From assembly GCA_038496445.1 (NCBI GenBank), contig JALMLS010000578.1, forward strand, positions 124,001-188,000: a DNA stretch of 64,000 nt, read 5' to 3'. Source of the stretch: Trichosphaerium sp. ATCC 40318. Lineage: Eukaryota > Protista > Tubulinea. The notes below the pieces were generated by a model. The model saw only the letters and a list, made by a program, of their open reading frames with translations. It ran no database searches and was not told where the DNA came from. The translations under genes and the position numbers were made by a program. Shown piece by piece: positions 24,847 to 38,144 of the stretch. Each line of letters starts with the position of its first letter. The first letter of the stretch is position 1.

Positions 24847-27800
24847 ATGGCTGATCCAGGCGAGGATACCTCAACGGAAAAGAAAGTATCGTTTGTAGAG
24901 TACAAGAGCGATGATGATGAAGAAAACCACATCTGGGACCACGTTAGAGTGCGTAAACAGTATTCAGCAGCCATTATCGATCTTTGTCAATTTATAGCCG
25001 ATTGCTTTTTTAATACAGTTGTCATTCCTTGTTTCTAACGCATACAAGGTGAGTGAATCGGTATTAAAGACTAAGAAACGCATGAGAGCCTCATCACGCG
25101 ACATGCTCCTTGATACGCGTCCTATTAACTCAAACAGTAGTAGAAAAGCCAAGGAAACTATTAGTATGTCGTCTGAAGAGAGTTCGTCTGAAAGTGATCT
25201 TGTGTCGTTCAGCGATGATTCAGACGATTCAGAGGATGATATACTACCCACACGATTGGATTTGAGCCGTAGTGTGGAGCAAGAGTCCATACATCTTACT
25301 GGAGGTTTTGCAGATTTGGATTTGGACGATGGTGACGTAGCCCTATCTGATGATTCTGCCGATGAATCTCAGTCCCGGGATTCCAGCAATCATTCAGAGC
25401 CAGCCGTAGAGGAGCTCTCTACTGAATCAGCCGTTGTGGTGTCAGAACACGTGAGCCAAGCGTCATCAGATGATGAAGAAATAGCTGTTCAAATCTTGAG
25501 TTCATCAGAAAAGGAAGACGAAGATAAAGCGCCTACTGATGGCCTTGACAAATTATCAACATCCAACGAGGAACAATCACTAAAGAGTGATACTGTAGAC
25601 GAGGATATCTCAAGCGGGAAAGAGGAAGAGATTAGTATAGAGATTGAGGATGATGACGAAGAGGAAGATGATGAAATTGTACCTCCTGAACCCAAGCCTG
25701 AAATTGCAGATGTTGAGCTGCCCGTTGATGAAATACCGGCTCTCAAGATACTCGACGACCCTACTGATTCTATAGATAGTGATAAGGTAACCACACCTTC
25801 CACTCGACGTTCTAATGCAGAAGGTAAACAACCAAGTTCTACTACAAACCTACTTTATTGGATGTTTTTTTTACCTATCTTAATTTTTACTTTGTTTCAT
25901 TTTGATGTGCATGCGTTTAACCAAAAAAATTAGGAATAGACATTGAACTAAACTATTGCTCTGATGAAGTTATGGAGCAACCTGTGAAAGATAATTCTGT
26001 GGTAAGAACAAAAGAATTGGACCAACAAAAATCTGACTCATTTTAGTCGCCTCAGTTTTCTTCACCGTCCTCAACGTTCGACGAATATTCTTCTGTTGCA
26101 AGTGATGAGGAATTTGCTAATATGAAAAGATCAAAAAGGCTTTCTGTAAAGAGAGGATCTACATTAGAGCGTGCATCTTCAACTCGATCATCAAAAGGTA
26201 GAAAAAGCAAGACGAAGGAACGCAAAAAGAAAAAAAAGCGTCTCAAAGAAAAAACGCCTCCAGTCAATGCCCTACACTTACAATGTGTATGGCGTCGTGC
26301 ATTGGCATATAGACGTGTTTCACAGTTGCGTAAGCAAATGGTAAAGAGAACTCATGTTGTTATTGAAGTGATGGATACGGAGTCAAACTATGTTCAACGT
26401 TTGAAACTTGCATATAATTTATTTTACAAACCTTTGGAGAAACCTTCAGATGACCCTATTGTTCCTCTTACTAAGATCAAACCTATCTTCGATATGGTTA
26501 GAAAAGTCCTTGATGTACACAACCCTATACTCGAGGACTTGAGGGGACAAAGAGATAAGAACCAAGAGAGGGATAGTTGTTGGGATGTTATAGGAGATGT
26601 TTTTTTGCAGCATGAAAAGGCTTTGTTGAAGGTTTATGAAGATTATGCTGTCAATTATGAGGATTTTCTGAAAAACTTGAAGCAGGTCAGGCACTCAACA
26701 CCACGGTATAATACATTCATAAAGGTACGATAAGAATTCATATTTTTTGTTTGTATAAGGAGCTTACAAGTTGGTACATAGAAAGCGGAGTCTAATCCAG
26801 CTTTAAATTATGCGGATTTGGAATCTTTGTTGTTTTTACCAATTCAACGGATTCCACAATACAATCTTCTCCTTGCAGATTTGGTTAAGGCTACTCCTGG
26901 GTATCATCGTGACTACAAATCTGTAATTGCTGCATTCGCTATGTCTAAGCGGCTCGGTAATGCTGTCAATGAAAAAAAGCGACAAGTGGAGAGTGTTAGA
27001 CGTGTCATTGAGATTGCTGCAAAACTAAACAATTTTGAGGTACAATATGATAACAGCCTTCATAGACCTCTTATTCTAACATTTATACCAAAGGGCCTTG
27101 CAACTGAACAACGTCGTTTCGTGTATGAAGGCAATTTTAAGCAAAGTACAGATGAAGGAACAAAAGATCATGTCATTTTTATGTTTAACGATATTATACT
27201 CTTGTCAAAGAAACTGTCACCAGTGGCCTATCACGTTGACACATACGCTTACTTTGGACGTGCTTTTGTGTATCCTAAATCAGGTAAACAAAGACACGAG
27301 TTTGTAGAAAAGTTAACCCTGTTTTTTAGATGACAAGCAATTTGAACTGACTCTAAAAAAGTCCGTATTCGTTTTATCATGCATATCGGCTTTGCAGTGC
27401 TCAACATTTTGCGATTTGTTCCAAGAGACGAAAATCAGTGCTATAAAATTAGAGAAGAATATGACACGTGTTCGTGCACAACAAGTGAACAGTGAATTCT
27501 CATTGTCGGTTCGTCTGGCAAGAGCAAAGTCATCACAAGACGTACCTAATTTAAGCAAAGTGTTAACCAGTTACGTTGTTTTCCAATATACTCTGAGATC
27601 ACGTGATTCTAACTTTTTATCTTCTTCTTAGATGTGGACTTTTCTCAGCTATCTGAATCACGTATTGCTGACCGCCAAGCTCGTAAACGTGACTATCCAG
27701 ACGTTACATTTCCAAGCCCTACAATTGTTTCTACAAGGCGATCAGCAAGAAACAAGTCACCACTTGGTAACGTCGCTCAAAATATGCCACAACACTTTAA

Positions 27801-30770
27801 ACAGGCTCTTGAAACTATCCTATTTGCAAAAAAATGCATGGCTATATATGGGTGTAACGTTGAAGTGTCTAACACAAAGAAGCGTAACAACATGTTCTTT
27901 ATATTGACGACTGTACAATTAATGTTTGTTACACAACCTGGAGGAAAACTTGAGCATTCATTTCATTTATTGGAGATTTCTAAGCTTACTGGAAGTGCTA
28001 CAACAAACACTGGACTTCTTGAGTTTGCTCAAGGCGTTAAAATTGCTATTAAAACTCCAGACATTGTTAATATTATCAACAATATCAGAACGACTTTTCT
28101 TGCTTCTTTTTGTGGCATGGCAGAAAAGTTTTGGTTTGGCGTAGATTTGACACCTCCAGAGAAATTAAAGAAACTTAAAAGTACAGTAGCACCGTTTACC
28201 CCGATATTATTTAATTCTATTATCTAGTTGATACCTCGAAGGCTGTTTGTGGTGGATTTTGCAAGACATATTTTGCAGTTAGCGATTTCTTGGGTATTCC
28301 TATGCGTGAGGTACGCTCCAAGTGCATTTGCTTTACTTTTGATCCCATCTTTAAAAAGTACAAGTATTAATACATGTGCTTTAGGATATCACGTGGGATA
28401 TTGAACATGTATTCAAACCGCTGCAGCTTAATGTGTTGAACCTTAATCATTTTATGAACCCTCTTGATGGTAAGACAATATCAAACAAAAATTTGGTTTT
28501 TCAAACTCTAATTTCTTTAAGACGGGGACTTGAAATCACTATTTGCAGCGCTTAGATACAACACGTACTTTAGTGGGTTGCATGCTAAAGACATAAAGAT
28601 AAACAAAGAAGTATGTTGTTTTGATTGCTTGGTTTTTTTTATTTGCTAAAAACTGGTACCTTAGGTGTACGCCTTTTTGACTGAACTGTTCCGGTTTAAT
28701 AGAGATATAACAATGCTCACATTATCCAACAACGGTCTTGGTAAAGAACTATTTATATCCCTGGCTGAGGCATTGTCAAACAACAAGAAGATAAGGCTAG
28801 AATATGTTGATCTATCTGGTAATCAAATAGATGATAAGGGTTCCATTGTCATTGAGCATTTGGTAAATAGTAAAAAACCTGATCTCAAGCATTTGGATGT
28901 AAGGTACGACTAATATACGGAGCTGACATGATTTGTATGAATTACTAACGACATTTTGTGTAGTAATTGCAGTATGGGCGTGAAGGGATGTACAACAATG
29001 TTATCTTTTTTCAAAAACTCAGACTTTCTTCGGGACTCCCTTGTAAATCTAGACGTGCGTCCACGTGATAGAAACCTTCATTATGTATTGTCTTACATGT
29101 TTTGTTAATAGCTATCTGGTAATAAACTCGATACAGAAGGTACTTAATAACTTTTAAGACAACGAACTAAGCTTAGTTGTTTAGGAAGTATATCACTTTC
29201 CCAATGGGTTGCAGAACCGAATGTTCTTGAGGTTCTGAAGCTAAGTAATACCTCATGTAAAATAGATGCAGTAGTGAATGGTGTTGCACGAGGTTGTTCC
29301 AATCTAGTGCACTTGGACATCTCTAAAAATAAGGTACCTTTATTTTCGTGATTTCTTAATTTAACTTTTTTTAGGGCGTCGGGCAATCAGTAGAGAAATT
29401 TGTTCGATCTAGTGGATCTCTCAGCCATTTAGATATCAGTGGTACCTCATTACAACCAACTCTGTTTGTGGACATCTTGAAGAGTGCTGCACAAAATACG
29501 TATATTAAGGAACTCCGCCTAGTAGTACGTTTGTCAAGAACAAAAGCCATCTTTGTACGCTTATTATGATGAATGTAATTTAGGCAAGAGAAAATAGTTT
29601 TGGCATACAGGGAGCAGAGCTAATAGCTCAGTCTGCCGCTCACTTTGCAGGTAAGTTTCCCAAAGTGTTTGACCGTTTTGTTATCTAATCATAAAAACTA
29701 ATAGGAACTGCACTTCATTTGGATGTCGCCAACAATGACTTTATGGATGAAGGAACTACAACATTCTTGCGTGGATTTAAAGCATTACCAGGACTGAGAA
29801 CACTAATCATTGATCACAATTTCCGTTTCAAAACACCTAGAAAACGTCAGCTGCTTATCCAGTCATTTGTACAATTTGTTGAATCCAGTGCGTGCCCTTT
29901 TCTATTTGCCCGTCATCATGCACTAAACTCTTGAGTAGGTAGAGCTACTGAACTCAGTATGGTTGGTGGAGCAGACAGAGATGCCTCTAGGACAGTTGTT
30001 GGCTGGTCGTCAAAGAGCAAGGAGCTGAGAGAGGAGATTATTCCTATTTTTTTCGCACTTACTCAAAACCGGTTCCTCACAAAACTTAACGTCTCTAGAC
30101 ACAGGGTACTTTTTTCCACCCCTAAAGTTTGTAATGTAATCGCTAACTTATATGTGTTAAGTTTGGAGATCGCGGCGCAATGGTACTGGCTCGTGTTGTG
30201 CACAGTACAAAGACTCTATATTCGCTAAATTGGGATGAGAATGGTGTTTCACTATCCGGTATGAGGCGCATGCTCCTTGCCTTGAACTTGAACAAGCATA
30301 TAAAAGATTGCCCTGTACCTTTAGCAGACGTACGTGAAATTGTATTTCACACATGTTGAGCATGAGTAAACTTACGTCTTGTAGATACACGAAGCCATTA
30401 ACTCTGGTGAAAACTTTGCAAAAATATTGGAGGTTTCCAACTTGTTTCAAAAGCGATTTCTCGCAAAGTACGTTAAAACTCTCACACTCACACCAATGCA
30501 CTGTGCTAATACTCTTGTTAAAGTGATAACAGCGTGTCTCTTCAATTATTGAATCCATTTGTTCGAAGAAATAGTGCGAGCTCGCCTAGACCTTATGAGA
30601 ACAGTTCTACACCCAAGTCAACACAAAAGGGTTCATTTTCCAAAGGCATTACAAGGCTAGCCCTGAAGCCAAGGACAAGTAACATGGAAAACTCAGGTGG
30701 TAGTAGTGGTAGTAGTAAGAAGAGAAGGGGTCAAAAGCGAAGTAAGACAATTGCATCGCATGGAACATAA
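24847..30770 (+). CDS. Acidic N-terminus - IQ motif - RhoGEF (DH-PH) - CARMIL-type PH - LRR protein, multi-exon
   Basis: IQ-like LQCVWRRALAYRR. DH: RTHVVIEVMDTESNYVQRL..LESLLFLPIQRIPQYNLLLADLVKATP. PH: RRFVYEG..IFMFNDIILL. CARMIL-like PH/linker (GGFCKTYFAVSDF..DITWDIEH..LRYNTYF). RNI-like LRRs (LxLSNNxL, VDLSGNQIDDKG). Confidence 0.85.
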
Positions 30771-30949
30771 CTCAAAAGACAACAAAACACACATAAAATA
30801 AGACTATTATTAGCACGAATATGTACATACTACAAAATAAACACAGAGAACAATTGTACAACAAAACACTAATCAGAGAAAGTAGATTTTACTTCCGCAA
30901 AATTTTCTCATTGGGCCTTGATCAAGTACCTCTCCGCTTAAAGTATCCC

Positions 30950-31429
30950 TATTCTCACCCACAAACATCACAAATCAGCACTAAAGGGTGCTCAAAAGAT
31001 TAACCCTCGCAAGTATACACGTGTCACAGAGGAGGGTCTAAGGGCAGTTGCAGGCGTTCATACAATCTACCTTTACCGTTGTGATAATAACAGATGAAGG
31101 CATCAAACGTTTAGTAGGTGTTCATGCCATTGACCTTCGTCGCACTGCTGCAGTGACTGATGAAGGCATTATAGCACTTGCTGGAGTATATGCTATTAAT
31201 CTTGGTGGAACTTCAGTTACAGGGTATTCGAGAACTCGTAGGTGTTCATAGGCTCAGTATTTCAAATTGTGAACACATGACAGATGAAGGTATTGGCACA
31301 CTCACAGGCCTTCATACGGTTGAACCATTTGGCAGTGGTATGAACTTTGACACGGCAGCAGTTGTGAATCTCAAGCTTACTCTGTTTGACCATGGCCTTC
31401 AATTTTTAGAGCATGCTTATGGCTTTTAA
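30950..31429 (+). pseudogene. Intronless, frameshifted leucine-rich-repeat gene fragment (~22 aa TDEG-LxGVHxIxL repeats)
   Basis: VTEEGLRAVAGVHTIYL / ITDEGIKRLVGVHAIDL / VTDEGIIALAGVYAINL / GIRELVGVHRLSISNCEHMTDEG spread across reading frames with two frameshifts. No start codon evident. Confidence 0.7.
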
Positions 31430-32102
31430 ATCTTTTTCATTCAAGAAACTAGCCGTGGCAGGCAAACTACTAGTTGATATTATGTGAGCACGCCTTGCGT
31501 ACAGGGTATTGTTGTGCTCATTACTCGCGGCGTTACTTTGACTGACTCAAATGACTAAATAGTCTGTGAGAACGAATGTCTGGTCGCTTAAACAACTTTC
31601 CAAGATCTGTGATATGATTGTGATGGTAATATTCTTTGACAACTACTTTATTATATTACGGATTTGTAAGATCTTTTTTTTAATGTTTTTTATCACAACT
31701 TTCCGTGCCCTTAGCGATTGTCCCGTGGGGTTGGGTAAAGAAGCGTAATTCAAGTTTTATGAAAAGTTATCGCTTACCCATATTGGTTGCCGTTTTATTG
31801 TAGTTATCTACCTACCAAAAAGACGATAACATACAACTGTTAGTACGGCATCGAGGTAAAATAATGTTTATATTGTATATTATGTACACGGGAGCGAAAA
31901 ACACGTGATTCAAAAAGTGGGTACTAAAATATTGCCTTTTTTTATTTTGGACAAGGCTCGCGCTGTAAAGCATTTAATTACTCACCTTCTTTTTTCTGTT
32001 TTTCCGACAATGGCTTTTGGTAGTTTTTACGGAGTGCGTCGCGCTATAGTAAAACTGTGTACTCTATTCAAGTACACTAAAAAAACTGAAGTACAGACTG
32101 AA

Positions 32103-33932
32103 ATGACACCTTATCGTAGCGTGTTGTTTCTCGCTCTTGTATTATACGTAATACGCACCACAGCATCTTGTAACTGTTGCTTGCCACACAGTGACAGTGT
32201 ATACACTTGGCTTAGAGGAGACTCTTATGATCCCGCTAACAAAGTATGGGTTGATGTAACAGGGAACTTCCATTTTTCTACACAGGTAGGCGGTACCCCA
32301 ATGATACTACAAAATACATACGACAATGGTAAAGAATACAAAAGTGTAGCAGGTGGACAAGCGGACTCTCTGGATTTCAATGGAGCAATAGGTGACGCAA
32401 TGACGTTCTTTGGTATGAGCAGGTACGAAATTATTGACAAAAAAGTGTTAAGAATAACAATCACGTGACTGACTCTACTGTAGGTACACTGGTCCTTCTC
32501 GTGAGCGTATCTTTACGACTAGATCACCAACAAATTGGTACTCTGGCCATGTTGTAATGTTTGCTGGAGTTGGTGGGAACGGTCACAACGCTCTTACAGG
32601 CGGACCAGTTCTGCTTACTGATCTTGAAGACACTTTTGGAGACGCATGGGTATTGTCAGTGTCTCAAAGAACAAATTACAGAGCAAACGGTTTGAACCTG
32701 ACTCGATCAACTCTTGAAGGTGTCACTGACTTCCCTGATCATTTCACAATCAACAACTACATGGCAGGTTCACAGCGTTCGGATTGGGAAGTTGCTGAAG
32801 TTATTGTATATGATAGAGTACTAAACGCAGAAGAGATAGAGATGGTTGAAAGCTACTTTAACACTCACTATGGTATTACAAATAACATTCCTGTTGATGA
32901 AGACGCATATGGAAGCTGCTATCCGCCAATATCAGTTGCTCCAATAGAGTCGCCTACAACAGCACCTCCAGTCACAGAACCACCAACAACTCAACCTCCT
33001 GCTGCAATCCCTTTTCTGCCACGACTAGATTGTATAACAGACAATCAAAATGGTACCTTCACTGCACACTTGGGATGGACGTCCACAGAGCCATCTACTC
33101 CTGGTACTGTTTCGTGAGGCCATTACTACCTTAACTACTAACACGTTGAACACAACAGATCCAAACTTTATGACCCCATCGGGTTTGAATAGTGTACCAA
33201 CGTCATTTGGTCCTACGCCTGCTTTCTATCCTGCTGATGGAACTTTTGATTTCTTGTTCACTGGACCTTCACTGTGGGCTGTTGGCGTATGTTGCGAACC
33301 TAGTTAATGCTTGGAGTCGCTTATTGCTTCATTTAGGATGGTTTCGTTATTATTGATCCAACTGACCCGAGCATTGAATGCCCAGATCTAGGTTTGATAG
33401 AACTTTCTCTTTTTTTTTTCTTATATTTTTCGTAGCTGTCATACGATTCATTATAGACCTTCTATCGCCTATACCAAGTGAGGTATTGAATACAATACTG
33501 AACATATTGTTTCAGTTTCTTGGATTACCGCTTGGTTCCGGAAGCGCTTCTCAGAATACCTTTATCCTTGACGTATCTAAACGACAATTTGGGACAGTTA
33601 TTGATATTACGATAAACTCCAATGGAGGTAAACACACTCCTTGCAGCCTCTCCTTTTTCTTATTGTTGTTCTAAGGGAGCACACTGAGTATTGCTGAAAT
33701 TGTTCGTAACTTTCTAAGTGATCCAGACGCGGTGGCAGCTTTCATTAACGCTCTAGCTGATATAAATATTCAAGTCATGGTACGTCAACTTATTAACAAC
33801 CCACAGGTAGTTACCCTTCTCTAACTTTTGTAGTCTGGACCCACCACTGCACCTCTTCAAATACCTGTAGTGATGGAACCACCTGTATACTCTAATGGGC
33901 GTACATCTTGCGCTAGGCGACTGACCATATAA
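32103..33932 (+). CDS. Secreted protein: signal peptide, LamG/concanavalin-A-like domain, Pro/Thr linker, second beta-domain; multi-exon, 3' end uncertain
   Basis: MTPYRSVLFLALVLYVIRTTAS signal. WLRGD..WVDVTGN..SDWEVAEVIVYDRVLNAEEIEMVESYFNTHYGI. PTTAPPVTEPPTTQPP. PRLDCITDNQNGTFTAHLGW. Confidence 0.7.
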
Positions 33933-34693
33933 ATAAGATCAAAACACAACGCAATCATCAACCAAATATATCACAAACTTCTAAAGGTATTGTATATTGT
34001 AGTAAACCATGATGGTGTGCTGAAGAGTAGTGTGAAGCGGTTGTCAGATATAATAAAACACTTTACTACAACTACAACATGAACAAGCTGCCCTTTGGTT
34101 TACTCGATAACAAAGACTTGAAAACGCATGTGTATGTGATTCTGTTTCAAAGGTGAGCTAGCAAGAGGTTGTGTGCAATCAAAGAAATTCCAAAGCTGCA
34201 GCAAACATACAAAGGAAAGCGTATCACTTGCATTTACAAATTGTGGTGTTGCAGTAACTTTTAAAAAGTAGATTTGACTCCACACAATAGCATCCTTCTC
34301 CACAGTATCAATGTGGACTGTACTACATATTGTGATATCGTTGAATGCATCAGTGGGCAGCAGCTGTCTATTAATATCAGTGAACAAAATAAAGTCAACA
34401 CGCTAGCAGTGAAAACAGCGCAGGAAAGCGAAATGACGCTTTGATGCGTTGCTTTTGATGGTTTTGTCGAAAAAACGTGTTCGAAACGTGATTAAACCGT
34501 TAGCGACTTTCTATCGGTATTAAACACTCAATCTCACTTGTGCAATTACAACCAAGGTACATGAACATATTTGTGACGCTTTGAACAGTTTTGGCTCCTT
34601 TTCGGTTGAAAAAACGTGATCTTAACGTGATCACCGAAAATTATCGTTGAACCGATAGATACAGTCTGTCGTCCACACATTATCCGATTATAC

Positions 34694-35348
34694 TAGCGAT
34701 GTTCCAAACGGATAGATTGCAAAATTCGTATTTGAATCAAATTTTCTTGGTTTATTCGAATATATTCTTCTCGCTTTTTGTGGTGAGATAAAACGGCACA
34801 AATTGCATCCTTATTGCTGTCCTGAACCCATTTTTTTACATCCGAACATGTCTGAGACTTTTTTTTAATAGAGCAAGTGAATAGATAAAACTACAAAAAA
34901 ATTGTGTTAAAATATGTTTTACCTCAAGTGATGGCTATTTCTACGCGTGGAAAGTACCAAAAAGTGGTTTTGAGACAGCAAAAAAATAGATCACGTGGCA
35001 GGCTCAAGATTGGCTCAAATTGGCAAAAAAACGTCACCACTGGCACAATTTCACACAACAAAAGTGTCGGTTAGGCTTACTGTGACTTAGTTTTACCGCT
35101 AAAATGTAGATATCTTAAACTCACTCAATATAGGGCTTTCAACCACTCTATGTATAGAAATATGCATTTTAAAACGTATGAGAGTGGTTTGGATGAACAA
35201 AAAGCACTTGGTGATTAAAAAAAAAGCCAACAACTTTCAGTTTCACAGTCGCTCTTCTCTGAAAACCGAATCGGAATATATTCGACTATTTCCAACTTTT
35301 AACGTTCTGGCGATAGATTCGGTATTCTATTCGTTTGGAACATCGCTA
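34694..35348. mobile_element. Non-autonomous hAT-type DNA transposon (MITE), 655 bp
   Basis: TIRs TAGCGATGTTCCAAACG(G/A)ATAGA at both ends with 1 mismatch. Perfect 8-bp target-site duplication GATTATAC at 34686-34693 and 35349-35356. Subterminal inverted CGAATATATTC. Confidence 0.88.
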
Positions 35349-35452
35349 GATTATACGCGTGTTATATGCGTTGTTGTATCTAAGGCGTGTTTTTACGGTT
35401 GTTGAACGTATTTTGTTTCCAAAGCACATGTAGCTCTTCAATACTGCCTCCT

Positions 35453-36194
35453 TAAATAGCTCTTGCGTACACTTAGGCCACAGTCATTTAAAATAGCTTC
35501 GAATTAGTTTATTACTAAGATCTATGTGAACCAATTCGACTCCAACTAAAGTGTCAATAAACGTGGTCACTATCACAACAAGTACAGAATGAAATACAAA
35601 CCAAATTTAAATGTAGAGAGTTGATAATGAAGCGCGAAACGTTTCACTAAAATAACTCGAATTTCACTTCTAAAATTAAAAAACGTATCGAAAGATGTCT
35701 CAATCATTGGTTTAAAGCGTCTGTCAGAGTTTGAGCGTCATACCCAGATCCCACAATTTATTTACTGGATTAAATCTGTTGTTTAAAAGTATTTTTGGAT
35801 CGTTCTACAATCGGAAGCAACGACCTGATTGGGTTTAGTTGTGTTTTCCCCATTTCGTGGCTTCCAATTAAATAACGATTTGATATCTACTATACCCCAC
35901 TCCTCATGTTCAGACTTACAAAACTGGAAAGCGCTGGTGCAGTTTCTAAGTGTAGGAAGACTAATAAAACACGGTGTTCTAGTGCTCACCGGTAGTCAAA
36001 AACCCAAGAGATCCTTCAGAATTTTCTCCTTTACAATACAATTTCCTTGATCATGTCGACAACCAGAGAACTGGAAAGCGCCAGTGCAGCTCTCAAAACA
36101 GTCGAGGACTTATAATCGGTATTCTGGTGCATGCCGTAGTCCATAAATGGAGGGTATATATGAGGAGGTCGGAAATCGTATCAGTATTTTTTTT
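35453..36194. repeat. Dispersed ~740 bp repeat, copy 1 (inverted relative to 54182-54928)
   Basis: Collinear reverse-complement similarity by eye along the whole length, with scattered substitutions and indels. Internal direct repeat AACTGGAAAGCGC..GTGCAG. Confidence 0.9.
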
Positions 36195-36364
36195 ACAAAA
36201 TGTAGCTATCACTGCTTGTCAACGCAGCATGTATTTACACGGTTTACCACGTTACCGTCTATTTTACCCTAAACGGCATAATGTACAAAGCATTTATTGA
36301 TTCAAACTACAACAGCGTGATTAATTTGATTCACGTAATAAATGACATGTCTTCTTTGGGTCCT

Positions 36365-36960
36365 TTACTCAATGGTAATCGCCTTGAATGATACACTATC
36401 TCTATTGAACCATCTCCAACAAAAGTTCAAGCCGTTAATTTCGTTGCTATATCCGTTAATGCCTAGAACGGATAACCAAGTTAGAGAAGGTATCAATGGT
36501 AAAAAAATAGCCTCTGGCGAAGGTACCATCGAAATCTTGAGGTTTGATTGTTGGTGTGTTGTTGGTGTATGTAGAATCGTCTTGGTTGCTGTCCTCGACC
36601 GTAAGGACGCGATATTTGTTGTTGTCCTTCGTGTACCAACGCCAACAAAAGAAAGATTTTGCTAGCTCCTTGGCGTATCCGTTTATCCCTACCAAGTCGC
36701 GTGGCCTTATAATGAACGTTTTAGGGTAGCAAAGACTTGTTTAAAACGAACCTGAGCTTCTTGGTGACTTTAGGGCACATAGTGGCTGTAGATGTATCCG
36801 ATTTAAATTCTACCGTTAGCACACGCCTTTTTACTCCCTGAGAATCAACAAACCATCTCCAACAAAAATAACAAGCTTGAATTTCATCAGCGTATCCGTT
36901 TATGCCTGCTAGAGCGCCAGGACGTATTTTGATAACTTGATTTGTCTTCGGGAAGCCCAT
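36365..36960 (-). CDS. Small protein of three tandem repeats with I(R/K)P...GINGY..E....FCWRW motif, 2 introns
   Basis: Spliced: IKIRPGALAGINGYADEIQACYFCWRWF / FIIRPRDLVGINGYAKELAKSFFCWRWY / TIKPQDFD|GINGYSNEINGLNFCWRWF. Confidence 0.75.
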
Positions 36961-37184
36961 TGTTGTTTTAAATATGGTGTTAAGTTGTTTTGGCTTTTTG
37001 TGTCCAAGCTTCGCTAATATAAGGGCTAAATTTAATAAAGTGTTGCTGTTAAAAACGTTACACTGAAATATGTGCACTTCTGTACTAACAAGCTGTCGTA
37101 CCGTAAAACTATCAGTGAATGATTGACCTGGAAATTCGTTTGACTCTACAACCTCCAAAAACTATCTAACAAGACGTTATTGTG

Positions 37185-37865
37185 ATGGCAAATACTACCA
37201 ATGACATAGAAATAAAGAGATTGCCAAACAAAGCCAAAAACACGTATAGTACAAATTTAAATACCTCTTTCAGTACCTTTACGCATGCGCATCGTATTAA
37301 TGGCGAAAAAGAAGCTTTTAAACAAATGCAAAAAGAAGAGCGTAAAAACATGTTCTTACAGGTAATAACGCTACTATACACGAAGATCCTTTCTCACAGA
37401 TTGTAGTCAATACGTAACGGGGAAACAGAATTTGCTCTCAAGATGCTGGGCTACGGGAGCGAGTGTGGCGCGTCACCTTACGCTGCTGATGGCTATAACA
37501 ACTCCGCTCTTCACTACGCATGTCATTGGGGTCGCATCTCAATGATTACATGTCTTGTAGACCATTATCATGTTGATATAAATGTTGTGAACCACGTTAA
37601 TGCAACACCATTATTTTTAGCTTGTGAGGGACACCAAGACGAAGTAGTTGAGATGCTCATCAAGTTGGGTGCTAACGTAAATGCACGCAATAGTTTTGGT
37701 GTAACACCCTTGCACGCTGCTGCAGCCGTTGAAAACGAGAAAATAATCAAGTCTTTGCTAGCAGCAGGCGCGAGAAAGGACACGAAAACAAAAAACGGAA
37801 AAATACCTTTAGAAAGTGTTAAAGGTAATTCTGCTAAAAGTTCGCGTTGTAAAGCGCTCTTGTGA
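37185..37865 (+). CDS. Ankyrin repeat protein
   Basis: NSALHYAC, ATPLFLAC, GVTPLHAAA and GKIPLE repeats. Confidence 0.9.
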
Positions 37866-38144
37866 TATCTGTACCATAAACGTAATTTTTTTGTATTTCC
37901 CGGCTTGTTTTCAGTCCGTACATTTGTTGGATTAGTTGTAGAGGTCTTTACTAAGGCCTTGAAGGCTTGGAAGGCTCGTATTAATACTTTGCGACACCGT
38001 TTTTGGCAAATTCCGTTAAGTTCCACAGAATTTGAAATACGTCCATCACAACTGTGTAAATAATTCACCCTAAAGCGCGTTTGCCACTACCGCCTTAGAC
38101 GACAACCTATAGAGCTATCTAACTTCTGCACACTTTGGAACAGT

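Noticed and set aside
25489-25803. Ser-rich minus-strand ORF
   Set aside because: Antisense shadow of the acidic exon of the RhoGEF gene.
37568-38068. 166-aa minus-strand ORF
   Set aside because: Overlaps the ankyrin gene on the opposite strand and shows no motif.
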